From NCBI RefSeq assembly GCF_000143415.4, contig NW_003314426.1, positions 62,001 to 126,000 on the forward strand: DNA of 64,000 nucleotides. Direction: 5' to 3'. This DNA comes from Selaginella moellendorffii. Taxonomy: Eukaryota; Plantae; Lycopodiophyta. Below are positions 1 through 12,700 of the stretch, piece by piece. The position numbers and the translations under genes are program-made. The notes under the pieces were generated by a model. The model worked only from the letters and a program-made list of their open reading frames with translations, ran no database searches and was not told where the DNA came from. Positions within the stretch are counted from its first letter, which is position 1, and each line of letters opens with the position of its first letter.

Positions 1-2060
1 TTGCAAGGATGTTCCCTTCTCTTGGTTTGCTGCTGCCCAGTAGGCCTTCGACACACTCAAGGTGGCCTTCAGTTCTGCTCCCGTCTTGATCCACGCTGAT
101 CCCTCACAACCTTTCTTCATCGAGGCAGATGCCTCCGACTTTGCCATCGGTGTTGTGCTGTCTCAACTCGGAGCAGATCAGCTCCTTGCCATCGTGGATT
201 CCTTTAGAAAGTGGCATCATTTCTTGGAGGGGGTGAGCCATCAAACAACGTTCTAGATGGATCACAAAAATCTGGAGTACTTTGCCACTTCCCGAGTTTT
301 GAGCCGTCGTCAGGCAAGGTGGGCACAATTCCTGAGTCAGTTTGACTTTGTTATCAAGTACAAACCTAGAAAGCTTCAGGGCCTTCCTGATGCTCTTTCA
401 AGGCACTCCTATCTCAGTCTCAGGCTTGGTAATCCTACTTTCGATCAACAAGATTGGTCCTGATCAACTTCAAGTTATGGCAATTTCCCTAGCCCCTCAG
501 GACTCCTCCTTGATGGACGCGATCAGAAATGATCTTCAATCTGATGACCTCGCCAGTGACATTTTCCCCCATCTTTAGGCTGGACATCCAATGACTCCCA
601 ATTGCCGGCGATTTGACGAATTCGAGTTTTTAGATGGCTTGTTGTACCGTGGGGAGCAGCTTTACATTGCTGAAGGTGATGCTTGAAGGTTGGTCCTGAT
701 GTCATGCCACGATAGCCCAACTACTAGTCACTTTGGCATTGCAAAAACCTATAAGTTGGTTGCACGGGACTTTTGGTGGCCTCACATGGACAATTACATC
801 AAAGCTTTTGTTACTTCTTGTGACACTTGTCCCCGGAATAAGGTACCTTGCCACTTTCCTTTAGGTTTGCTTCATTCCTTCCTGGTCCCTTCAAGTCCTT
901 GGGAATCCATCTCAATGGATTTCTTGAGTGATCTTCTAAGTTCTGGAGGCTTCAACAACATTTTAGTCGTGGTGGATCGCTTCACAAAGATGGCGCACTT
1001 CCTACCGTGTACCAAGGAGCTTTCAGGCGAGGACATGGCAAAACTGGTATTCAAGGAAATTTTCCGACTTCATGGGATTCTTGCAGATGTAGTTTCGGAT
1101 CCGGGACCTCAGTTCATCTCTCATTTCTGGCAACAGTTCCTGCAGCTTCTTGGAGTGAAGGCCAACCTCTCTTCAGCGTATCATCCTCAAACTAATGGAC
1201 AGTCCAAGCGAACAATTTAGACATTGGAACAATTCCTGAGGTGTTTCATCAATTATCATCAGGATGACTAGTTCGATATCCTTCCCCTTGTTGAGTTCTC
1301 CTATAACAACTCTGTTCACTCCTCCCTTCAAGTTTCCCCCTTCTTTGTAAACTCTGACTGAAATCCCCAATTTAATCTCTCATCCGAATCCTCTTGTTCA
1401 AATCCTTGCTTTGACACATTTATCTCTAACCTCTAGGAAATCCATAACTCCATCTCCTTCCACCTTCATCGTGCTCAAGAATCTCACAAAACACTCACCA
1501 ATGTCCATCGTCAGGATTGTCCCTCTTACAATATCGGGGATAAAGTCTGGCTCCTTAGGTGAAATATCTCCACCACCATGCTATGTCCCAAACTCGATTT
1601 CAAACGCTTTGGTCCTTTCCTTATCACTGCCATCATTAATCCTGTCATTTATCGCCTTGCACTTCCCTCATATCAAATTCACCCCGTTTTTCACTCCTCT
1701 CTCCTCTCTCCTTATATTCCCAGTCCTATTCCAAATCGGGTCATTCCTCCACCTCCCTAGTGCAGCTCGAAGATGGGTCTGAGTACAAGGTTCAGGACAT
1801 CCTTGATTCCAAAATTTCACAGTCTAAACTCTATTATCTGGTAGATTAGAAGGGTTACGGACTTAAGAAATGCACTTGGGAACCTATAGACCACTTAATT
1901 CATTCTCCTGACCTTATTCATGACTTTCACTGCCAGTATCCTTCTCATTCTAGTCCTTATTCTTTTCATTCCCCATCTCCCGTCCCTCCCAGGAAGGATC
2001 GTAGTCCGGTGACTAAAGCACTATTATATGAGTATGGACTATCTTTTTAAGTTGGAGGCA
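1..2060 (+). mobile_element. Degenerate Ty3/gypsy chromovirus, 3' part (RNase H, integrase, chromodomain), copy A
   Basis: [55 protein letters not shown], chromo-like YKVQDILDS; many stop codons. Confidence 0.9.
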
Positions 2061-2935
2061 TTAGTGATGTGAGCGGTGCTTGCTTTCCTTAAGGATATCC
2101 TAGTACTCCCTCATCTTGGCTGTGCCATAATTCTCTACCTCAAAAGTACACTTAGCTCAGAAAAGTGAAATCATTTATAAAGAGACTATCTAAACTGCTG
2201 CGTAACCTTGTGTTATTGTGAAAGTTCTTGCTTCTTCGTCATGTTATTTACTTTAATCGGTCTTCAATCTATTCTCGGGCTTTATGATTCCTATATTCTT
2301 GTCTTGCTTGCTCACAACATTGTGTTTTTCCTGCAGAGGATTCCAAGTGTTGGATCTGGTACTATTGGATCTGTCTGGCCTGATCATGTCCTAGTATGGA
2401 AATCGTCTATGCGTAAAAGTTTTTGATATTTTCTTTGGAAAAACAAAAGAGTTTGAAACTTTTGTGTTTTTTGGGATAAAGTTTCATACTTATATTAGAG
2501 AGTGCCCCAACACTTATTAAAGTCTTCAACTAAAATTATAATATTGAATGCATTTCAATACAAAATTAAGCAAGATATTTAATTATTGATCTTTTTCTAT
2601 AAACAATGCTGGGTATAAACCCATTTAAAATATTTCATAATTTCTTTATATTGTAGGTTATCCTTGATTTAAAGGAGTTTTTGTAAGTTAATAATTTTTT
2701 TTTCTAATCTAGATGTAATATAATATAAATAAGGATGTAAACTTAATATTAGAGTAACTTAAAAATTAATGTTTCTTACATCATTATTCATTATATAGCT
2801 GTCTCTTGGTCTAGCTGATGTAGCATTCTAATTTCAGTACTATAAGTTTATAATAATAATATTAAATAAATTTTCTCTAAATTATAAGAAAATATGTCTT
2901 TGATATATTTTTTTTCAATTATAGTTAATCACTTG

Positions 2936-2959
2936 AAGCTCTATTTCGTTAAAGTGGGA
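2936..2959 (+). repeat. Left terminal inverted repeat
   Basis: Exact reverse complement of 15825-15848. Confidence 0.95.
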
Positions 2960-4566
2960 TTTATTCAGTAAAATGGGACTAGGTACAAATTTTCAAGTAT
3001 TTGAAAATGACGTGAAATTATATGTTTTTTGTCCAGGGGCTAGACATATCTGGGGCATGGTGACTAGCGCGGTGACTTTGTGTCCAGACTAAGTCCATCT
3101 GGTTGTATAATAAATCTCATTGTCAAGGTGAACAAGCCGAATCTGAAGCTAAAGAAGAGCGATGGCATGCGCGCACACACTATTTGTTTGTTCATTGAGC
3201 GTGTGGTGAGCTTTCCAAGATGAACGTCATTCCTATTAGCCAGACATATAACTTAATGGTGAGAACATTTAGATATTATTCAATGTTATCTTTTTCTAAC
3301 GAATCTAATTGTGAAGGTGTAGCAAGAGGCATTGCTAGTCTAGAGAAGTCATTTAACTCATTTGACCCTTAGTGTATTTTCATGAAACTAAATAACATTC
3401 ATATTATTAAGGAATTTCTCTAATACCTTTTTTTTAAGACATAGAGGCTTGCATTTCTTTCAAAGGTGATTTAGTAAAAGGCCTGAGGGCACATGCCATT
3501 CTATTTCTCAGACCGGTATTAAGATATACTAGTGCAAAGGGAAAAAGGTATTTGGTGATCAAGTAAATGGCATGAGGGCACACGCCATTATAAGCCTAAG
3601 CGCTAGTGGACACCTCCTTTTTGGTACTCTCAGCGGTACTATCATCCTTCTCCGGGTCAGTTGTTTTGCTTTGGATTGTTGTCTCTGACGTTACTGGGGC
3701 GTTCTCGATAGTTGTTAATGTTGCCGTTTGTTCAGAAAAATGATCACCTGGAGTATAGTACGGGGAGTTTGGAAGACTTATATATTTTACATCTTCACCT
3801 ATCTCCTTCTCCGTCTCCTTTTCTGCCTCACTTACAGATTTTGTGCTTGCCATGAGAACGCTCTTCACCCTAAAATATGGAGTTCGTTGTGTTATAAAAG
3901 GAAACCAACACACACGCTGCAAGGGAATGATGGTACATAAAGCATGTAAGCCCACAATATGGATTTATGTGCCATTAATATGGGCCACACACCATATTAT
4001 TAGATTTATGCACGTATGATTAGTAAATGCATATGTCACATCATCTTTGTTTTACCTCACACACTATATCAGGCCTAATGAACCATATCACATGTGCGCA
4101 CATGCTATATATATGGAGAAGTATTATGCAAGGATAGAAAAATTCAATGCATGATTGTGGAGAGCAATGGCATGAAGCCACATGCTAAATAACATTTTAG
4201 AGAAAGAATTAAAATAAAAACATGCAAACAGTACTGAGTGGACCAAGACTTAGAAGTGCACAATTGAATGAGGTATTTCTAATAAATATTTCACTCACCT
4301 CATATAGGAATGGCTACCACTTTCAAATGGCGTATCGCTTCATGCCATCACCTCGCAATTTGTTATAACAATCTGATGAATTCATATTCGGCTTGTTCAC
4401 CTTGAACTTTAAGTAGGATTTGCTAGAACAACTAAGAATTTATACTTGTTATTTGTATCATCTCACCTAGGAATGGCGTAAGGCCACATGCCATTACGCC
4501 TCCTCTGATTCAGATTTGGATTGTTCACCTTGAAATAAAATACATTAGAAACTTAGTAAAGGAATA

Positions 4567-7391
4567 TTAATGAATCTCACCTTGAACCCGGGTTATGAAT
4601 GCTCTTGCTGCATCTCTTGCATGGTCTGGCAAGGTGATGGTGGCACTCTGCTTCCACATCCAACCATGCACAACATTATCCACCAATATGCTCATGTTGG
4701 GATCCCTTGGATTCAGCACCCATCTCTTTTCTAGGCAATCCTTTATATATCCGGAACTTGGCTTGAACCACTCCACAGTTACATTGAAGGAGTTAGTTTC
4801 CGCGTCCTCCTCTGCATCAGTGATGCAGCGCCCCACCCATATCATTTTTTTTTTATTACTGGGTCTGACAAGCATGACCATTCCTTTGCAGACCTGTACT
4901 GGATTGAATGCTGAATCCGGCTTCTTGTTCCTCGGCCCACAATAGTGATCCTCAACATCGTTATCTGTCACTGCATTTCCAAAGGACATTGTTCCGCTAC
5001 TATCTGGTGCTCTGGGTTCTGGCCAAAAGGACTCTTCCAATTCTTCATATACAACCGGCCCATTTTGGATAGCAGATATAATCTTCTCCCAGTATTTGAG
5101 CAAAGGCTTGCACCTCTGAAAATAGGATTCTCCACCAAACACCAACCCCCTCTTCCAGAAGGCAATATGCTGTCTAATCCTGGCCACTATACTTTCCTGG
5201 TCTTTGAGTCCATCCGGGTGCATCGGCCGTGGGGAACCCTGAGGAATCATAGGTTCCCCAGTTATGGGATCTCTCTTGAAGAGTTCAATGCCGTCCACTG
5301 GCAGCCACACTGTGTCCCATTCTCTCATCTTGTACCTCATCACTAGAGCACTGTCACACATGCTGAAATGAAACTGAAGAGGCTTGGAGTGGCCAATCAG
5401 CGTTTCGGATCCGTCCCTGATGTAGCCTCTTACAAACCCCTTAAAGTCTGGAACCTCTGTCACAAGTGCAGCTTCAACAGTGCCTTTGATGCATTTTGGA
5501 ATTCATCGTAGAGTTGTGGGAGGGTGAGGACATTGGATCGCCGGAGGGACTCTGCCAGGTGACTGAACATGGCATCGACGTCTTCATGAGTGTGCCCAAC
5601 CATGAGAAAGCCAAGTGTAACCGTTTCAAATATGCCTTTGGCAACAAGCATCGCCAAGTACGCGAAGACGTACATGTTTTTGTTCTCACTGCCAGCATTG
5701 TCTGTTTGGAGCAGAAGATGGGGTGGAAGGCCACATCGGCCGCAAGAACTTCCTTGAGATTCTGCTTCGTTTGGATGAGGCTGTGCATTCACCGGGCGAC
5801 TAGCCTCGTCGAAATGGCATGAGGCCTCACGTGATAACCCTACAATCTGACGGCCAACATATTCACTAGGATGGCATGGGGCCCCACGCGATACTGCAAG
5901 CCTTTGCTCCTCCTCCAGCTGAACCCTATATGGGGTTCAATCGACAAGGGCCTTGTGCAAGGGTTGGCCGTTCAGCTTAGTCTGCGCACTTTGCAGAGAC
6001 CTTAAGTGTTTTGCTAGGGACGCAATCATCATGTTTGCACCCCCGCCACCCCATAGAGGTACAAAGAAGTTCCCATAGTTCTGGGCACCATGCCCATGAG
6101 CGATTATGCCAAACAGAGACACAGGCAGCTGCATGGATGAAGAGATTGCCTTGGGGGCAGGATTGAGTCGAGGTAAGCATGTCTTTTTCTGGTCCATTTT
6201 GTCGTGGATGATGCAAAGGTAAGAGTCAGGTCTCTCCATGGAGAGAATCTTGTTATGATAATATGCAGTCCTGCAGCTTCTCTGCTCGATGTTGTGGTCG
6301 AGCCGCCTTCTAACCAACGTCTCTCGCTCTTGAGCGATGCAAGAATTCTTCGACAAAGCCATTTTGATAGCAGTGCACTCGTCACACTTTGAAAAGCTGG
6401 AGTACTTTCCTATACTCACATCCCTGAACCTGTTGCTCCACAATCTACTAAATCTAGATTGGCTCAGCTTCCTGTAGCCATTACTCTGGAGTTCCCGATT
6501 CACATCTTCCAATATGGCCCCCTTGGTATACATGGAAGGGAGAACTCGTTGGGTGTCTCGAGTTCCATCTTCCAAGAGGCGGGTTTTATGTGGTTGCTGC
6601 TCGTTACATGTCTCGACAAACCTCTTGAAGATTGCCTCTCCATATACAACATGACCCCTGGTTTTGTGAGTACCGTCGTTCCCATGGACTGCCTGTTGAA
6701 CCCTTTGTTCCTCGAACTCAGTTTTGATTATGTAGAATGTGGTTCGAGGGACTCCATAAATGATTCTCCATGCCTTCATGCAGACCAAACCCCTCTGGAA
6801 GACCATGCCCCCCACCTGATGTTCTGAAGCATCAACAGATGACCGTAATGCCTCATACACAAAATTGCGAGCTGCCTTCCAGGACAATGTCTTGTATCTT
6901 GCTCTCTCCTCTTCAATAGCATCCCAATCAGCATGTTGACAGCACCTCCTCTTGCAACAAGCAACTGTCGAGACCATTCGAACCTCCATCGCCATTTTCT
7001 GCCTTTTCGGTTCGTTGCTTAGATCCCTTTGGCTGCGCTTTAGGAAGGTGTACTTTCTTTTCCCATGAAGAGATGTTCTGTCATCAGTTGTAGTGGTGTT
7101 TGATTGTGAATCCTTCACATTTTCAAACACTAAGTGCCTCAATTTCCACCGCACAATGCTTCCAATAGTCAGACTGTTTTCTTCTGTGTCAACAACCTCT
7201 AAAATCGCAACTCCAATATCATCCCAGCCCAATTCTTGATTAGCAACCGCATCTCTTGGATCAACAACTGTGGCTAAGCCCTCAGCTACCACCTCCCCCT
7301 CGGGGTTGTTTAGAAACACCTTTGCCTGAATCCATGTAGCACGGTTCTTAAGATCTACGGAGGGAACATGCGTCGCACTTGCAGAGGCCAT
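4567..7391 (-). pseudogene. DDE transposase, Sola-like, with one nonsense codon and one frameshift
   Basis: Three collinear ORFs (5937-7391, 5460-5792, 4567-5463). Motifs: CCKRRCC, CMKAW, FSKCDEC, IIHDKMDQ, LLLQTDNAGSENKN, FLMVGHTHEDVDAMFS. The TGA at 5937-5939 is followed by 48 in-frame sense codons into the next ORF; the frameshift is near 5485. Superfamily is inferred from the DN-x3-ENKN and GHT motifs plus the 4-bp duplication. Confidence 0.8.
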
Positions 7392-7755
7392 TCTGAAAGT
7401 GCAGAAAAGAAGTTAAGACCATACAAAAAATGATTGGAGAATGGCCTAAATCATAACATACCAAACAACCTCAATAGTATGAGGCCACATGCCATTATTC
7501 AAACATGCTATTGACACCCACGTGAAATTTCGCATTCACAAAATTGGCATGAGGCCTCATGCCATCTTGATATACACACAGCTGCAGGAAAGTAAAAACA
7601 TACATGACAATACGCTAGCCATGAAATTGCAAGGGCCCAAGATGGCATGTGGCCTCATGCCATTTCTAAATGTGGTCCTAAGCCATTCCATGGTGAACAT
7701 ACCAGGAAACACAAGTGCCAAATATCAAGAGGAAGCGATAGCCACACCAAAGACA

Positions 7756-7890
7756 GTGCCGCTCGCAACACCGCAACTACTCGTAGTGCCGCTCGCAACA
7801 CCGCAACTGCTCGTAGCGCCGCTCGCACAAACTGCCACTCGCATAAACTGCCGCTCGCAATGGCGCTCACAATGCCGCAACCGCTCGTAG
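7756..7890 (+). repeat. GC-rich tandem repeat, ~30-bp unit with GCCGCTCGCA core
   Basis: GTGCCGCTCGCAACACCGCAACTRCTCGTA x2 plus further degenerate units, upstream of the transposase. Confidence 0.8.
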
Positions 7891-8686
7891 ACGCATAAAC
7901 CACAGCTCACAACGCCGCTTACACAAGCAGCGCTCACTGCGCTCAGCGGAACCAAGAACACGGCGCACAAAAATGATAGACCTAGGAATGAGTTCGAGAA
8001 TTCAAAAATAACACACGCTTGAACGTCACATCAAATCCTCTGACAAACCAGATCTTATGATTCCTCTGACAAATTTCAAACTGAGTAGCTTCTAAACTTT
8101 GCTGTCGGAGGTTGAACTTTGTCACATCATGTCCTTGCCTCAATCCAGCTGTGCCATATCAGTGATTCGAACTTTGCCATGCCATGTCAGCGATCCGCAC
8201 TAAGATTATTCGCCGTGTAAAGGAATAATTATGCTGTGTGTGTACATCCATTTTTGGCAATATAAGGCCACACGCCATTCAAAGAATAATGCTAGTCGAG
8301 CATTTTTTAATGCATTTTTGGGTTCAAAATTGCATGAGCCCACACGCTATAAAGTTTACCTGTACCAAAAATAGAAACAGCTTTATTTACTTGGGAATTT
8401 AAGTGGTTGAGGCATTTTTAAACTTACAAACACATGCCCTACTTACATTTCTTTGGTTGCTTAAAATTCAAAAATATTATAAACCTTTCTTTTTGCATTT
8501 TCAATGTTTTCAATTATGGTTTTTGATTTTCGCAGGACCAGCCTAGTAATCTATTTGCATCCCGTCATGTTTATAGCTAGCTTTCGTTTGTCCCCTTCGC
8601 TAGCCTGAGATACATCTGCTCGGCATCTGCCTCTTACAGCATTTGCCCAGAAAGGGCATCTTTCTTCACGCAGCATTTGCCACATG

Positions 8687-8712
8687 TTTAGGGTTTAGGG
8701 TTTAGGGTTTAG
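8687..8712 (+). repeat. Interstitial plant telomere repeat (TTTAGGG)3 plus a partial unit
   Basis: TTTAGGGTTTAGGGTTTAGGGTTTAG. Confidence 0.9.
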
Positions 8713-9762
8713 CAATTCAGTAGCTTGATAAACATGCAAATACAGAACTTGATGCAAAATCCTTTGATATGTCACAATGCCCCTAGGACCATAAACACAT
8801 TTCAATAGAGAGGGTCCTTTCATTTCATAACTCCTTACGTAGATCTTGGTGAAACCAGAGTTAGTGAAGTTAGTTTCTTGTGATCCCGCATCTGATTGTG
8901 ATGTCCCTTTGCAGTGTCGATTGAAAGGTCAATGCACACCAAACTGTAAAATCTTGGAGCAAAATAACGGTTGGATCTATGGCAAATGCCCCTGAAACAT
9001 TGTAAGGCTCGTGTGGTCTCATGTGGTGTACAATCGAGATGCTTTTTTGCAGGGTCATCAAGAAGGACATTGTATACCATTCTTTATTTAGCTGAACATC
9101 TGGCATTTTTGGAAATACAAGATGCTTTGGAATATCCAATCATGCATGGTATAAATATAGCGAGGGTATTAAATGATATCCCAATCATGATCTTTCTTTT
9201 GGATTTCGCGTGCATGCAGTCTGAGGAATGATGACGTTGTGGATTTCTTTTGGATTTCACGTGCATGCATGTGCGCGGCGATCCAGAAATTAATGGTGGC
9301 GCCCAAGTCCGAGGAATGATGACGTTGCGGGATTACCAACTGTCGTGACATTTCGCGCGTGTGAGGTTAGGTTTTGCATCGTACTTGCGCTCGCACACTC
9401 GCGCTCGCATAGCGCTCCCACTCGCGATCACACTCACATTCGCGCTCATCTACCTTCTCTACAGGTTTCTCGTGTGCATCGGCGTCCACTTGCGCTTGCA
9501 TCACACTCGCGCTCGCATCACGCTCGCATCGCGCTCGTGTGCATTGGCATCCACTTCAAGACACACCCAGTTTGTAACTTCGCCGCCAACTCCGCCGCCC
9601 ACTCCGCCACCCACACGCAGCCCACTTGGTGTCCCGGGAGATTTCAGTGCCACTCTCCAACTGTAAGTGGCAGAGTAGCCTTGCTGCTACGATCCGCTGC
9701 ACACATAGTGCACATTCGCTAGCGAGTCTGGCCTCGATTGTCACGCCTCCATTCGGCTTCAA

Positions 9763-12700
9763 ATGGTAAGTCTTTTAGGCCAAGTAGAAAATGGCATGAG
9801 GCCACATGCCATTCAGTAGCAACATTAGCATGCACCGATTGGGCTCTCGAGTGCAGTCCGGTTACAGATGGCGTGTAGCCTCACGCCATCTTAGGATGCA
9901 GCCTCAAGACATCTGATGCAGTGGTGAATGGCGTGTGGCCTCACGTTATTTCCAGCTGCTAGCTTTTCATCTGTCAGCTCTAATTGTTGTGCATTTCTGA
10001 ACAGGCGAGGAATTGCGTTCTTCTTCCAGCCACTGTCAATGTGGATGTAGAGAAGGGGGAGGAGCTCACCAGTTGGACTTTCGGGATGGAAGGCGAGGAT
10101 CTGAGGCTGTACAACACAGATGGTGGGAGAAAAGAATGCATGGGGATCCTCATCCAAGTGACAAACACTCCATGCAGTTCCATGCAAGAATATGGACTGG
10201 CACTTGTGGTAGAGACAGCGTCCGCCTTCAAGATCCACCTTGCATATCCTAGCGGCTTCCCGGAGGGGGGCAGCGGCTATGAGGAATTCCTAGAGGGAGC
10301 TAGGGAGAGGTTGTCCAGGAGGCCCACAATTTCAAAGACGCTGCGGGTCTATGAAGATCACATGGAATCCACGGACCTCACCTACAGCGATGTTCAAAAA
10401 CTATATTCCAACATTGAGCCGTTGAGGGTGCCTCCAGTTCGCGAAGCGAAGGGGAAGGGGGTCGATCTGGAAACTACCCCGAAGCAGAAAAGGGTGGTCA
10501 AGCTCAAGCCGACGTCCGACTCTCCTGCTCCAAAAAAGAAGCTACTCGGTGATGCCATTGCCTCGGGTTCGAACACTACACCCACCAAAAAGAAGAGCCG
10601 CAAAGAGCAGAAAGAGCAAGAAGAGGCAGCAAAAATCGTCGCAGATAATAGTACTTGTTACTATTCCAACAAAGTATATACAATCGACGTGAGCCGTATC
10701 GACATCCAAAGCAAATACAACCACAGGCTAGTATCTGATGAGTGGGTGGAGAAACTGAAGCAGAAGATGCTGGCAAGTCCAGTAACACCCGACATCGCAG
10801 ACGTGATCCCCTACTACCGAACAATAAAGGGCGAGACGAGGTTTCCAGACTTGATCAATAGGAAGGTGTTGGACGATCAGAAAATCCGGTTCTATGCTGT
10901 CTCCGGGCAGCATTCTAGCTTGGCAATGCAAGAGATAGTTGTGGATATTATGGTGGGCGAGGAAGTGAAGAAAGTCTTCAAGACAAGAGTTGTCCGCCTG
11001 ATAAAAGGCAACTCGCCCCTCCGATCTATCATATACATCTCCCATGCGCAGAATGTCAAGCAAGAAACGTGCTACAAATCGGGTCTGCACGAGACATTGG
11101 CACGAACACGGAAGCTCTGGGTTCAACTGAAGAAGCCACAAAAACCAGGACAAGGACGTGCACTAGCAACTAGCGCCTGGCAGGTAAGCCTCGTTGCATG
11201 TGGCATAGCATGTGACCTCACGCCATTTCCATTGCAGGAATTCTTGAGTCTTCTCTCGAAAACACTGGGGGTCAATGACACACTCAGCATCCATAACATT
11301 CTACTCGCGACAAAAGTTGTTTTTGACAAATGGGTAGATGTGCTAAGGAGGTACCATGACGGGGAGTTGCTAAACTCAATGGGTGTGGAGGACGGCCGGA
11401 AGCCCAATGATTTGAAGCTCAACACCTTGCGTTTCTCGTGGTCTCTAGACGACGACGACCTTCTGACAGTGGCTAATGCTCTTCTACGTGGTGAGGTAGT
11501 CTTCAACAAGACCAAAATGACTCCCGGCCTATTGTGACATACGAGGACTTGTGCACGACTCTGAGAGCTCGTGCGCTATTGAAGGATTGGATCTTCGAGC
11601 AAGTGGCCGTGGAGAGGGTGAACATCGACACCACGCAAGAGATGATGGAAGAGCTGGAGTTGTCAAATGAAGACATCGACGAGTACGTGAAGGGGGCCCC
11701 CAAGTTCATCGATCTGCTGCGGGATGCCACGAAAAGTAAAGCTGAGAAGTTGGATCAGTATCCAAATTTCATTAAGAAGGATGTCGACCGCCGGCTTCAA
11801 AAACAGCTCGACCCCGCAGTAGAGGCCTATCGAGAACCTTACCGGGTATACGTGAATTCGGATGAGGATCAAAGGTGGAGGAGCATCATTTCCCGCGGAG
11901 ATGAGCAGGTCAAGAACATCTTTTGTGTGATGGACTTCACAAACGAGGAGATCACTCATGCAGACGAAGTTAGCTCCATCATTGACTTAATGGTGGGACT
12001 TGTGGAGGTGGAATCTTCAGTCCACTATATGATCTACGACTCTGAATCCTATCACAAGTTCTGGAAGGCCTTGAACGAGGTGAAGGCTCGGTTGAAAGGC
12101 AAGGAGATGCGGGAGATCCATGGGATAATGGCTAAGAAGAAGATACCGACGAATGTCCGCATCTTCACACTCGCCCTTGTTATTGGTCCTGCAGCAGAGT
12201 GGGACTGGAGTGACTTCCCAGCTTCGTTCGACAAGGCCGATCGAATTGATCTAAGGGAGGTCAATTTACCCGTGCCTGAGGAACTGAAGACGGCTATGGA
12301 GCTTTCGAATCCAGAGAAAGCTCCAGGTGCAGCATGGGAAATGCTCAGCTGGGTCTTCAACGCAATAGCGGGTGGGTCACCTGCTTCCGACTCCAAGGGC
12401 AAATGCGTTGTCGAGTACAACTGCGGCGGACTATTCTTTTGAGCTGCACTACTCAAGGGTGTCTCGTGTGTTGCGGTGACAAACTCCATTGAAGAGGTGA
12501 CTTCAATGGAGCATATAATTACAGTTGCCAAAGAAAAACAGTATCTTCTCTGTGAACCTGGTGAGTACACACTTTAAGTTTAAATGTTATCTCACAAGCT
12601 CTGTATGCAGGAGCGTGGCCACCCCCAGATGCTGAAACGGCGTTAACAGCTACTGTTGAAGATACCCATGTTGGGCCGAGCTCACAACCTGCACAAGGTA

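Noticed and set aside
3596-3955. Separate 119-aa cargo gene
   Set aside because: No recognisable domain or ATG start; it may be a terminal exon of a spliced minus-strand transcript, but I could not build a reliable model.
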